DNA of 63,507 nt, filler included, from Octopus bimaculoides (lineage: Eukaryota): the NCBI RefSeq assembly GCF_001194135.2. It is 6 parts of 6 records of this genome, joined end to end, with 100 filler letters (N's around TTAATTAATTAA, not from the genome) between each part and the next. Parts side by side here need not be neighbours in the genome. Positions count along the whole stretch, not along the records: positions 1 to 15,825 come from NC_068989.1; 5 more parts are not named here. One strand, 5' to 3'. Positions 1 to 10,720 of the stretch are shown in pieces. How positions within the stretch are numbered: position 1 is the first letter of the stretch; each line of letters opens with the position of its first letter. Under the pieces are notes generated by a model. It was not told where the DNA came from and searched no databases. It saw only the letters and a program-made list of their open reading frames with translations. The position numbers were made by a program, and so were the translations under genes.

Positions 1-190
1 GTGCAGGTGACACGTAAAAGCACCCACTACACTCTCTGAGTGGTTGGTGTTAGGAAGGGCATCCAGCTGTAGAAACTCTGCCAAATTAGACTGGAGCCTG
101 GTGTTGCCATCCGGTTTCACCAGTCCTCAGTCAAATCGTCCAACCCATGCTAGCATGGAAAGCGGACGTTAAACGATGATGATGATGATG
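1..190 (+). mobile_element. 3' part of a SINE or RTE-LINE tail ending in (GAT)n; truncated by window edge
   Basis: Near-identical to 7484-7672 and 15658-15752. Contains GTTAGGAAGGGCATCCAGCTGTAGAAA and a (GAT)n tail; a related motif and tail end the RTE fragment at 14583-15510. Confidence 0.8.
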
Positions 191-315
191 GGGTGTGTAT
201 GTGTATCACACATGTGCACGTGCACACACACACACCATATATATATATATATATATACCTAAAATATTTATACTATATACATGCATACAAATACACACAC
301 ATACATATATACACA

Positions 316-1310
316 CAGGAGTGGGACAAAATAATGAAAACACTTTATTAAATGGATGGGCATTAATCACAGCTTCAATACATCAAGGAATTGATTTATA
401 CAGATTCTGAACAGCTGTTAGGGGAATTTTGAGCCATTCAGGTAAAACCTGCTTTAGCTCTTTCAATGATAATAGCAGAGGGAAACAGCTCTTCACTGCT
501 GCAAAATGCACCATAAACGTTCAATTCTATTGACATCCAAAGTTTTTGGGGGGGGGGGGGTCCGAGTGATCTGCTTCCTTTCATATGCTTCATACTAACT
601 TTGAATAACATTATTCATGTAAACTGGTGCATTGCCAACAGGGAACAATGTTTACACCATAACATGGATATGATCAGCCAAAATACACGGATAACCCTAG
701 ATGTTAAATTTGCCATGTAGAACAAAAGAGTCAAGGAAATTCTGTGATATGGCTACCCAACTCACTACAGAGCCAGCTCCAATGCTTCACTGTAGGGGCA
801 ACACAGAGCTAAAGGATTCTTTGAGCTATTTCCAGATATAAACTTACCCTGAAGTCAGAAAAAGAGTAAATGATGACATCAGAGATTACATTTAGCCACT
901 GACCATGTCCAATAGTCTAGACACCATTTGTTGATGGGGGATAGAAGTTTAGCAATTGCAGCCTTCCCAAGGTATCCAGTTTTCATAAAACTGGATACCA
1001 TGGGAGCTCACAACATAAGTTTTGGTTGAAACATAGTTGGCAAAGTAGTGGTTTAACTCTACTAGCACTTTCACTGCTGTAGTTTGATGGTTTTTATACA
1101 ATGTTTTTTCACTATCCTGCAGTCGTTCACTTTGCCTTCTGTCAAAAATTTACTTACCAGAGTTGGTTTTACTTTGGTTTTGGAATGCAAGCATGATTTT
1201 AGAGACTACACCTCTCAAAACTTTGAGCAATTCAGTAGTTTTAGTGACTGAAGCTCCACCCCTCCAGCAATCTGTTCTCTTTGGAATTCAGACACATTAC
1301 AGCATTTTAA
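316..1310 (-). pseudogene. Tc1-like DD34E transposase relic (frameshifted, multiple stops) with one TIR
   Basis: Manual minus-strand translation gives ..SEFQREQIAG..ASVTKTTELLKVLRGVVSKIM.., KNHQTTAVKV..ELN..VSTKT, PTVKH, DVNRIERLWCILQ, KFPLTAVQNLYKSIP*CIEAVINA, which match the Tc1 transposase pattern. A TIR-like CAGGAGTGGGACAAAATAATGAAAACAC lies at 316-343; the second TIR was not found. Confidence 0.8.
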
Positions 1311-1477
1311 CTTATTTAAATGTATATATCTGCATAATGCATGAGCGCACAGATACAAACTAGAACAATTTTGAATTTTTTGTGTTACCAATAGTAAAAA
1401 TTAGTTAATGTATAATACACACACACACATGCCAAAAACACTACTTTTTATATTCAAATCTTGACCTTCATACTTAC

Positions 1478-1598
1478 AGCTGCTGTTAAAACTGCTGTTA
1501 GAACGATTTAAACTTTTATACTGTCGTATATGGACTTTTTTCTTCACAACTTTTAGTTTCACTTTACTGGTTTCTTTTAATTTTGATGATTTTTCCAT
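1478..1598 (-). CDS. Candidate internal coding exon (121 nt, phase 0 to 1), Lys/Ser-rich: MEKSSKLKETSKVKLKVVKKKVHIRQYKSLNRSNSSFNSS
   Basis: Strong acceptor TTTTTCTTTGTTTAG| and donor |GTAAGTAT on the minus strand. Only the phase-0 frame is open. No homology recognised. Confidence 0.55.
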
Positions 1599-1949
1599 CT
1601 AAACAAAGAAAAATCAAACATTAATTGAAATTTTAGAAATAATTACATGACTCCATCAATTTAAATAATATACTTAGTGCTAATACTTTCATACATACAT
1701 TTCCTTATTTGTGAGAGAATATTTTCAGTATTACAGAAATGCTTTCTGATATTAAAGACTAATAATAGTATAAAACAGTTAACAAATGTTATAAAAGAGA
1801 AGTGAAACTCAATCTGTCTATGCATCACATCCATCAGAGGGTGGGAAAGAAGGGGAGGAATCAAAATATACGTCAATGTATTTGTGTGTGTGTATGTGTG
1901 AAAGATAGAGTGTTGTCACCATAGTAACTAAAAAGTTTTGATTTAAATT

Positions 1950-2190
1950 ACAGAAATTTTAAGTGAAAGTCTGTCAACACATTATTTACATTTGATGGAT
2001 ATTTGTCATCATCTTGTTTGTTGTTAACACGTTTCGGCTGATATACCCTCCAGCCTTCATCAGGTGTCTTGGGAAAATTTCGAACCTGGGTTCTCATTCC
2101 TAAGGTATTTTTCGATGTTATTATTATTATTATTATTATCATTCAGGTCACTGCCTGGAATCGAACTCGGAATCTTGGGGTTAGTAACCA
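1950..2190 (-). mobile_element. tRNA-derived SINE with hammerhead-like tail (5'-truncated copy)
   Basis: Reverse complement is highly similar to 9943-10160: B-box GAGTTCGATTCC, (AAT)n linker, CTGATGAAGGCTG..CAGCCGAAAC. Confidence 0.85.
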
Positions 2191-2191
2191 G

Positions 2192-2830
2192 GACGCCATA
2201 TGCCCAAGCCCCAACCTGACACATCCACACTCATTCATCTGGCTGAACTTGGCCTCTCACTCAAATGCTTCTCGTTCGCTAGTGATTTTTACCAGCATTC
2301 CCAGGAGTGGCCATGGGAACAAGAATGGGTCCCAAATATGCGAAGCTGTTCATTGGCTACGTTGAGGCCCAAATATTCTCAAGTTACACTGGTCCCACTC
2401 TTGAACTATATGGCCGTTACATTGACAACTGTATCGGTGCAACCTCACTCTCCCACAAACATCTAGACTCCTTCCTGTCTTTTGTCAAATCTTTCAATCC
2501 TGCCCTCCACTTCACCTGCACTATCTGTCTCCTTTCTTGAGATTTTGGTCAGCATTCATCACTTCACTCTCATCACCTCCATCCACTACAAACACAGACT
2601 CGCACTCATGCCTCAACTTCTCCTCCTCCCACCCTAAACACACCAAGCTCTCCATCCCCTATTCCCAATTTCTCCATCTACGCAGGCTCTGCAGTGACGA
2701 CCATGACTTTGAGACTCGGTCTCAACTCATGGCTCACCACTTCATCCTAAGTGGATATCCCCTCACCACTATCCACACCGCCCTTGCCAGAGCACGTTCC
2801 GTGGATTGTGCATCTGCTCTCTCCCCCTGC
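2192..2830 (+). pseudogene. Penelope-like element reverse transcriptase fragment (Neptune/Poseidon-type motifs), frameshifted
   Basis: ORF pieces give (GV)AMGTRMGPKYAKLF, RYIDNC (YIDD motif) and TDSHSCLNFSSSHPKHTKLSIPYSQFLHLRRLCS, which are typical PLE RT motifs B', C and thumb. Confidence 0.85.
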
Positions 2831-3208
2831 ATCCGAGCTTCCCATAGGAACGTCAAAGGCCTCCGGAGTATCCTTACAGATCCATAGCTTATTGTTAAAT
2901 TTTATAATTGATTTACGAGCCGCTAATATTACACTAATTTCTTCCCTAGAAAGACCTGCCTTATTATGTGCGAACCAAAGTGCCTTGTTAAGGATAATAG
3001 GGTTAATAGATAAGTAGAAACTAGAGATGTCGAACTGTATAAACTTGGTATTACTCTTGTCTTTAATTGAATTAAACCATTCTATTACTTGAGAATTTGA
3101 CCATAGTCTTAGTTTTAACTTATCTATTATTGTGGGTATGCATTTGTCAAGAATGTTTTTACTAAGAGTGCCTATGTCTGATCTAGAGGGACAAATAAGA
3201 CGTAGAGA
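2830..3208 (-). pseudogene. Inverted 5' segment of the adjacent PLE RT (motifs 2 to B')
   Basis: Minus translation LRLICPSRSDIGTLSKNILDK..LRLWSNSQVIEWFNSIKDK..KFIQFDISSFYLSI..ILAARKSIIKFNNKLWICK..AFDVPMGSSD continues directly into SDSAQIAD on the plus strand at ~3212. Confidence 0.85.
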
Positions 3209-4686
3209 AGGGTCGGATTCAGCTCAAATAGCTGATGTAGTTTGTTCGTATATATTATATGAGATGGCAGACCAGTTCCCTAACATAAATGGAGGTCTAT
3301 ATAGGGATGATTGTCTGCTATACTTCCATAATGTCTCTGCCCAGCGTATCCAAAAGGTCAAAAATAGGAGAATGGGTTTTGGCATCGTTTTTGAGGATGA
3401 GGTCTCTATAGCAAACTTTCTAGATGTAACTTTAGACTTACATAGTAACACACACTTTCCTTTCCATAAACCATCAACTAATCTCAAGTACATAAGCCCT
3501 TTTAGTAACCATCCAAGGTCTATCACTAGTAATTTGGTTAAGAGTATTTCAATCAGACTTTCTAAACTCTCCTCTAACTCACACATTTTCAATAAGGAGG
3601 CTGACTTTTATAATTCAGCCTTATTGAAGGCAAGTTACAAAGACAAGGTAAGATACATCAACTCAATTAGTGATCTTTCGTCTTTTGCACAGCAAGATAT
3701 CTCCTCTACTAGCGGGGATAAACCCATTTCTATTTCTTCCCCTTCTTCTCACTTTACTGAGAAAGTGGCACATACTTATAATTATTCACATAAGGGAGGA
3801 GGCCTAACTGGCTCTAAACACCTTAATAAAAACAAAAAACTTAATTTATTCAACTATACTAACACTGTAACTAGATCTGATGAAAATATCTGGTTCATCC
3901 TCCTGTTCGGGAAACAAGTTAAATCCAATTTGGTCTGGCAGTTCCAAGACATGGTGAAAAGGAACTTTCCTAAGGGTTCTCCCTATTACCCAATAATCAA
4001 CACACATAAGGTTAGATTTGGGTTTTCTAATACTAAAAAATTGTTACAGATAATATCTTCCCATAATTTTAGGCTTTTAGATTCTCCTCTAGTCAGCCAT
4101 CCTAATTATGATGATAATAATAGTAATGTTTATAATAATAATAATAATAATTACTCCAGTAATTTAGCACACTCATATGATGGCAATAGTTATTTAGGTA
4201 AAAATAAAGGTAATAAGTACAACATTAGTAAATATAACAATCACTGTAACAACAATAAGATTAGTATCTCGGAATCTAATTCTAATAGAATTAAGTTTTT
4301 AAGTGCGAATGCCAGGACCAAAAATGTGGTTTATCAATGTAAGGTAATGACTAACACAGACATCTCGCATTATGTAGGTAGCTCCTCGACGCAGGTCTCC
4401 AGGAGAATTTCCAACCATTATTCATCCTTAAGGGATAGGAATAAAGTTAATAGTACTAGTCTAAGTAAATTAATCTGGAAACTGAAGGATTGCAATAAAC
4501 AATTCTCTTTGGAATGGTCAATACTGGCTACTCCAATACCCTACGACAAAAGTAAGGATTTTTGTCCTCTTATAACTTGGAGCTTTTCCATATTCTGTTC
4601 TCCAAGAATTATCTAGTAAACCAGATAACACAGAGAGCATACAGATGCCAGCATTGGAGGAAACACACCTTCAGTTCTTATCGTTA
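3209..4686 (+). mobile_element. Penelope-like retroelement ORF, RT (GLYRDD) plus C-terminal GIY-YIG endonuclease; resembles the Hydra clade; frameshift near 4570
   Basis: Motifs GLYRDD, NFLDVTLDL, SNHPRSI..RLSKLSSN, VVYQCKV..HYVGSS..RISNHYSSLR..STSLSKLIWKLKD. After the frameshift the frame reads NLELFHILF..VNQ..RCQH and ends with TAA at ~4686. Clade assignment comes from motif recall, not a phylogeny. Confidence 0.85.
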
Positions 4687-5511
4687 ATTTCATCCTTCTT
4701 ACTAATTTTGGTTATTATTATCATTATTTTTATTTTTTCACCATGACATTCTCCCTAGTGGACGTCCACCTTACAAGTGGTATGTACAATCACCCAGCTT
4801 AGTATTTACCTTTAACTTTGACAATAACAATAATGATAATATTTAATTTATTTTTATATTTATTATAATAATAATAGTAACAATAACAGGAATAATATCA
4901 TTTAAATATTATCTTAAATAATAATTATATCTGTCTCCAACGCCAGTTGTTTTTACTTTTTCTCCTTCCATAGTAGATTCAGCAAGTCTTTCCCAGTAAA
5001 CCTACATTCGTTGAGTTTGAAGTATAATTGTAACTTTACTTACATATTTTCGATCGCGTTCTCGTAAGCATATTTATTATTATTATTTCATCATATGATA
5101 GTTTTGTACCTTGTATTACCATTTTTTTAGGTTAATAACCATATCTTAATATGATACAATGTTATGGATGTTTAATTTATTATATTTACAATCTCCGCTT
5201 AGTTTTACCTCAGTATATAAGTTTGTTTAGATAAGGAGTAATAATATATAATGAATTCATTGGATTCTCTCCCTTCTCCCTTTTCTGGTTTTTAATTTGC
5301 CATTGTTTTAAACTTTAGATTTTGGGATTTTACTGCGGTCCATTATGCCTTCCTCTAATTTAATCTTTTAGTATAGTGTTCTTAGCCTCTTTCCCTTAAC
5401 AGCTCCCTTTAAACCAGCATTCTTGTTTCTAACGGTCATTTACTTAGCTATATAATGTTATAACTCGTACGCAACCTTAGCATTTAGCGCAAGTCTTGCT
5501 TTTGTATGTTG

Positions 5512-5600
5512 GTTCCCTGACAATGAATTTATGTGCAATTCCAGCACCTCTTACTTCTTTGGAGTAGAGTGCACATAATTTTTGAAACATATGTAGGAAT
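5512..5600 (+). ncRNA. Candidate variant type I hammerhead-like RNA in the PLE 3' region
   Basis: Stem I GTTCC(5512-16)/GGAAT(5596-600); core CTGA-CAAT-GA; 9-bp stem II TTATGTGCA/TGCACATAA with an inner hairpin; GAAA; palindromic stem III ACATATGT; GUA cleavage triplet. The core spacing is non-canonical. Confidence 0.45.
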
Positions 5601-6380
5601 TAAAGGAACTTATTGATTATATGTGTTTTGCTCCATTTATCACTATTCTTCATATCTACTCAAAATACATCACTTTAACATGGTATTTCTACCTATTAAA
5701 CGGGTATGATATCCCAGTTTCTGTGTGATTTTTGCTACACTGGTAACTATTAACATATTTACATTATCGAAATTCTTTGAACCAAAATAATATTAATATA
5801 TACATAAATTTAATATATATATATATAAACATAATTAAGGGATCAGCAACAGTTGCTTCACCACATACCGAAATTTAGAAATAGCAGNNNNNNNNNNNNN
5901 NNNNNNNNNNNNNNNNNNNNNNNNNNNNNNNNNNNNNNNNNNNNNNNNNNNNNNNNNNNNNNNNNNNNNNNNNNNNNNNNNNNNNNNNNNNNNNNNNNNN
6001 NNNNNNNNNNNNNNNNNNNNNNNNNNNNNNNNNNNNNNNNNNNNNNNNNNNNNNNNNNNNNNNNNNNNNNNNNNNNNNNNNNNNNNNNNNNNNNNNNNNN
6101 NNNNNNNNNNNNNNNNNNNNNNNNNNNNNNNNNNNNNNNNNNNNNNNNNNNNNNNNNNNNNNNNNNNNNNNNNNNNNNNNNNNNNNNNNNNNNNNNNNNN
6201 NNNNNNNNNNNNNNNNNNNNNNNNNNNNNNNNNNNNNNNNNNNNNNNNNNNNNNNNNNNNNNNNNNNNNNNNNNNNNNNNNNNNNNNNNNNNNNNNNNNN
6301 NNNNNNNNNNNNNNNNNNNNNNNNNNNNNNNNNNNNNNNNNNNNNNNNNNNNNNNNNNNNNNNNNNNNNNNNNNNNNNNN

Positions 6381-6880
6381 CACCAGTCCTTCCAGTATTT
6401 TCCATATGTATATTATTACATATCTCTCCCGCCTGCGCTCCAGGGAGTAGAGACCTAGTGCCTTCAGTCGCTCCCTGTAGTTCATCTGTTGGACTGTGGC
6501 GATCTTTTTTGTATAGTGACGCTGAATTACCTCAAGTTCTGCTGTCCACTTGACACTGTGTGGTGACCACAACTGAGAGCAATAGTCTAGGCGGCTCAGA
6601 ACAAATGTCAACATGACTTTTTGATCCCTTGTTTGGAATGTCCTCAGTATCCACCCTGCCAGTTGTCTGCACTTTGCTGTCAACTTGACAATGTGCATGT
6701 GAAATGATGCATCACTACACATGTTGATGCCCAGGTTTTTTACTGTTTGTGGTTCTAGGATTGCAGTACCACCAGGTCCTGTGTATGCCAGTTGGGAGGC
6801 ACTTGTGGCATTGTAGCGCAGTACTTGAAATTTTTTGCATTGAACTGCATATTATGTTGCTCTGCCCACTTGTATATTGT
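6381..6880 (-). pseudogene. CR1/L2-group LINE RT C-terminal fragment
   Basis: WAEQHNMQFNA..; LAGWILRTFQTRD..VLSRLDYCSQLWSPH..LEVIQRHYTK..YRERLKALGLYSLERRRERY..IWKILEGLV. Both sides lie near assembly gaps. Confidence 0.85.
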
Positions 6881-6904
6881 AGAGCAAAATAATATGCAGT
6901 TCAA

Positions 6905-6938
<34 letters not shown>

Positions 6939-7483
6939 NNNNNNNNNNNNNNNNNNNNNNNNNNNNNNNNNNNNNNNNNNNNNNNNNNNNNNNNNNNNNN
7001 NNNNNNNNNNNNNNNNNNNNNNNNNNNNNNNNNNNNNNNNNNNNNNNNNNNNNNNNNNNNNNNNNNNNNNNNNNNNNNNNNNNNNNNNNNNNNNNNNNNN
7101 NNNNNNNNNNNNNNNNNNNNNNNNNNNNNNNNNNNNNNNNNNNNNNNNNNNNNNNNNNNNNNNNNNNNNNNNNNNNNNNNNNNNNNNNNNNNNNNNNNNN
7201 NNNNNNNNNNNNNNNNNNNNNNNNNNNNNNNNNNNNNNNNNNNNNNNNNNNNNNNNNNNNNNNNNNNNNNNNNNNNNNNNNNNNNNNNNNNNNNNNNNNN
7301 NNNNNNNNNNNNNNNNNNNNNNNNNNNNNNNNNNNNNNNNNNNNNNNNNNNNNNNNNNNNNNNNNNNNNNNNNNNNNNNNNNNNNNNNNNNNNNNNNNNN
7401 NNNNNNNNNNNNNNNNNNNNNNNNNNNNNNNNNNNNNNNNNNNNNNNNNNNNNNNNNNNNNNNNNNNNNNNNNNNNNNNNNNN

Positions 7484-7672
7484 GCGGGTGACACGTAAAA
7501 GCACCCACTACACTCTCAGAGTGGTTGGCGTTAGGAAGGGCATGAAGCTGTAGAAACTCTGCCAAATCAGATTGGAGCCTGGTGTTGCCATCCAGTTTCA
7601 CCAGTCCTTGGTCAAATCGTCCAACCCATGCTAGCATGGAAAGCGGAAGTTAAACGATGATGATGATGATGA
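7484..7672 (+). mobile_element. SINE or RTE-tail copy with (GAT)n
   Basis: High identity to 1-190. Confidence 0.8.
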
Positions 7673-7699
7673 ATAATTTGATTATATTTACAATGTTCG

Positions 7700-8674
7700 A
7701 TTAAAGCATTGCTCATTACAGATGCAATTTGTAATGGTTTTCCTGAAGGATAGGCATCCGGCCACCAGAGTAGACCCCTTGCCTTTTCTTTCCCTTGTTT
7801 TTGGCACCACTTACCTGGTGCCAAACACTCCCAGCTTCATCGCCACAGGCTTCCATCTTCTCATGAATCTGTTTCGTGACAGATACCTCTTCTCCAGCCT
7901 GATCTTACTACTGAGGTGGTAACAAAAAAAGTTAACTAACCCCTGGCCAGATACAAAGGTATCTGTCACTATGCCTCTTACAAGCGTCTTCCATACTGTT
8001 TCTTTCAGTATGGCTACTACGCAGGAAAAGCAAGCCTTCCTTTCCCTGTTGAGGGAAGGAGGCGGCACAATCTCGATGATAGATTCAGCTGATAGCTGTA
8101 CTCTTCCCATCGATGACAACAGTTTTTCTGCGAAAACTATCAGTCTCGTTAATTCCGGACATTCCACGAATGCGTACGGTTTCTCTGTCCTGCTTGCACC
8201 TCAGATATGTTGGCGATACGGCACTTCCATGCCTTGACAGCTTATCATGAACAGGTAACGCTGCACGGAAGCACTGCCAAGCCAGGGATTTCTGGTAATT
8301 GTCCAGATACCCGGCCCGAAAGTTCTCCTGAACAGGTTGGTCAACTGATTTTCATTGTAGCCCAGGGTCTCCCCCAAGGCGTCTTCGGACCTAAATCCCA
8401 CTAACCCGCTATAAAAATCCACGGTGGAACTCCTGTTGCCAGCATTGCCCGCCTGAGAGAGTAGCTGAAGTGCCTGTCGGCACTCCAATTGCCAGTCCCC
8501 CAGCCTAGGTCTCTGCTTGATCCAATTACCAATGTCCGTTAAGGACGTTAATTGCGGACGGTAGAACCGGACGTGCAGTGACCACACCTGCTCTCCATCC
8601 AGGTAAAGCCAAAGGTGCCTCAACCAAAACACGAATTTTCGCATCGTCAACCAAGGCATCCCTAGCCCACCCTT
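7700..8674 (-). pseudogene. Tx1/L1-like LINE ORF2 C-terminal fragment
   Basis: GGLGMPWL..WLRHLWLYLDGEQVW.., RSSTVDFYSGLV, RRTFGPG, ECP..LIVFAEKLL..ILKETVWK..RFMRRWKPVA. Homologous to 33490-34425. Confidence 0.75.
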
Positions 8675-9534
8675 NNNNNNNNNNNNNNNNNNNNNNNNNN
8701 NNNNNNNNNNNNNNNNNNNNNNNNNNNNNNNNNNNNNNNNNNNNNNNNNNNNNNNNNNNNNNNNNNNNNNNNNNNNNNNNNNNNNNNNNNNNNNNNNNNN
8801 NNNNNNNNNNNNNNNNNNNNNNNNNNNNNNNNNNNNNNNNNNNNNNNNNNNNNNNNNNNNNNNNNNNNNNNNNNNNNNNNNNNNNNNNNNNNNNNNNNNN
8901 NNNNNNNNNNNNNNNNNNNNNNNNNNNNNNNNNNNNNNNNNNNNNNNNNNNNNNNNNNNNNNNNNNNNNNNNNNNNNNNNNNNNNNNNNNNNNNNNNNNN
9001 NNNNNNNNNNNNNNNNNNNNNNNNNNNNNNNNNNNNNNNNNNNNNNNNNNNNNNNNNNNNNNNNNNNNNNNNNNNNNNNNNNNNNNNNNNNNNNNNNNNN
9101 NNNNNNNNNNNNNNNNNNNNNNNNNNNNNNNNNNNNNNNNNNNNNNNNNNNNNNNNNNNNNNNNNNNNNNNNNNNNNNNNNNNNNNNNNNNNNNNNNNNN
9201 NNNNNNNNNNNNNNNNNNNNNNNNNNNNNNNNNNNNNNNNNNNNNNNNNNNNNNNNNNNNNNNNNNNNNNNNNNNNNNNNNNNNNNNNNNNNNNNNNNNN
9301 NNNNNNNNNNNNNNNNNNNNNNNNNNNNNNNNNNNNNNNNNNNNNNNNNNNNNNNNNNNNNNNNNNNNNNNNNNNNNNNNNNNNNNNNNNNNNNNNNNNN
9401 NNNNNNNNNNNNNNNNNNNNNNNNNNNNNNNNNNNNNNNNNNNNNNNNNNNNNNNNNNNNNNNNNNNNNNNNNNNNNNNNNNNNNNNNNNNNNNNNNNNN
9501 NNNNNNNNNNNNNNNNNNNNNNNNNNNNNNNNNN

Positions 9535-9753
9535 GGGACAAACACAGACACACAAACATACACACACACATACATATATATATATACATATATACGACGG
9601 GCTTCTTTTAGTTTCCATCTACCAAATCCATTCACAAGGCTTTGGTCAGCCCGAGGCTATAGTAGAAGACACTTGCCCAAGGTGCCACGCAGTGGGACTG
9701 AATCCAGAAGCATGTGGTTGGTAAGCAAGCTACTTACCACAGCCACTCCTGCG
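9535..9753 (-). mobile_element. tRNA-derived SINE with CORE-like CCTTGGGCAAG segment and internal (TG)/(TA) microsatellite
   Basis: Reverse complement matches the head and body of the copy at 39044-39475. Confidence 0.8.
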
Positions 9754-9942
9754 CAATTTTTCAAAAACTTCTAACTTGGTAATATTTTGGTATTATTAAA
9801 ATGTTTATTGTTTTTATTATTTTTTGTATTTTATGTATTGATAAATAGATAGGATGACTGTCTTTATTTTTTGTGTACATTCAGTGTATTCTATATTATT
9901 GAACAAAATATTTATCCAGCTTGGCATTCTTTTAGCTATATT

Positions 9943-10160
9943 TGGCGTAGTAATTAAGAGCGCGGGCTACTAACCCCAAGATTCCGAGTTCGATTCCAGG
10001 CAGTCAATTGAATAATAATAATATCGAAAAATACTTTAGGAATGAAAACCCAAGTTCGAAATTTCCCCAAGACACCTGATGAAGGCTGGAGGGTATATCA
10101 GCCGAAACGTTGTGTTAACAACAAACAAGTTGAGGACAAACATCCGTCAATTGTAAATAA
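9943..10160 (+). mobile_element. tRNA-derived SINE carrying a minimal hammerhead ribozyme motif in its tail
   Basis: A-box-like TGGCGTAGTAA and B-box GAGTTCGATTCC. Tail reads GACAC-CTGATGA-A-GGCTG..CAGCC-GAAAC-GTT-GTGTT. A second copy lies at 1950-2190. Confidence 0.85.
10071..10116 (+). ncRNA. Candidate minimal type I hammerhead ribozyme (palindromic helix III, predicted to act as a dimer)
   Basis: Stem I GACAC/GTGTT; canonical core CTGATGA plus one extra A; 5-bp stem II GGCTG/CAGCC; GAAA; palindromic ACGT stem III; GUU triplet. Confidence 0.65.
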
Positions 10161-10583
10161 TGGCGATAGTTGTCGTTGACTCCCAACGAATATTTTGTGG
10201 GCTTGCGAATGTTTCAGTTAGCGTTGCCCACAGATATTTGTAGATAGACAAATAGATATGCAAAGAAAAGGGCAGGTAGGTAGACTGACACATAAGCCGA
10301 TATAGAGAGAGAGATATGTAATAGACAAATACATAAAGACAGACATACAAGCAGATATAGAGATGTATGTAACAGACAAATACATAAAAAGACAGACACA
10401 CACACAAGACTGGTGAACTGATCCAGATAGACGGACAGGTGGGCAGATAGATAGGTGGATAGGTAGATACGGATGGCTAGATAGACAGAGGTATGGTGAT
10501 GCAAACAGGAAAACAGAACTCAAAAATGAGTATATATATANNNNNNNNNNATAATTAATATTGAGCTGAAGCAACAGACAGAC

Positions 10584-10615
<32 letters not shown>

Positions 10616-10720
10616 CGTGTATAAGACCACAAAGGTCGCTGACACCCTTCCGGTAATTTTGGCCTATGTGGCGAAGACTTAATCATGTGTTACTCTCTGT
10701 TTTAGATTCCAATTTACTGT

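Noticed and set aside
843-870. Adjacent acceptor/donor CAG|G|GTAAG on the minus strand as a microexon
   Set aside because: Lies within the Tc1 transposase relic; chance splice-like motif.
3132-3208. N-terminal MGMHLSRMFLLRVPM.. of the 494-aa ORF
   Set aside because: Antisense reading of the inverted RT segment; not part of the real protein.
5835-9774. Long ORFs of 176-462 aa in the track across 5.8-9.8 kb and similar ones at 27-28, 48, 53 and 59-60 kb
   Set aside because: They are open only because they run through N gaps; the real parts are LINE fragments or microsatellites.
9943-10010. tRNA genes at SINE heads (also 29790-29860, 36422-36490, 63310-63378)
   Set aside because: A and B boxes are present, but the acceptor stems are incomplete and each continues into a SINE body.
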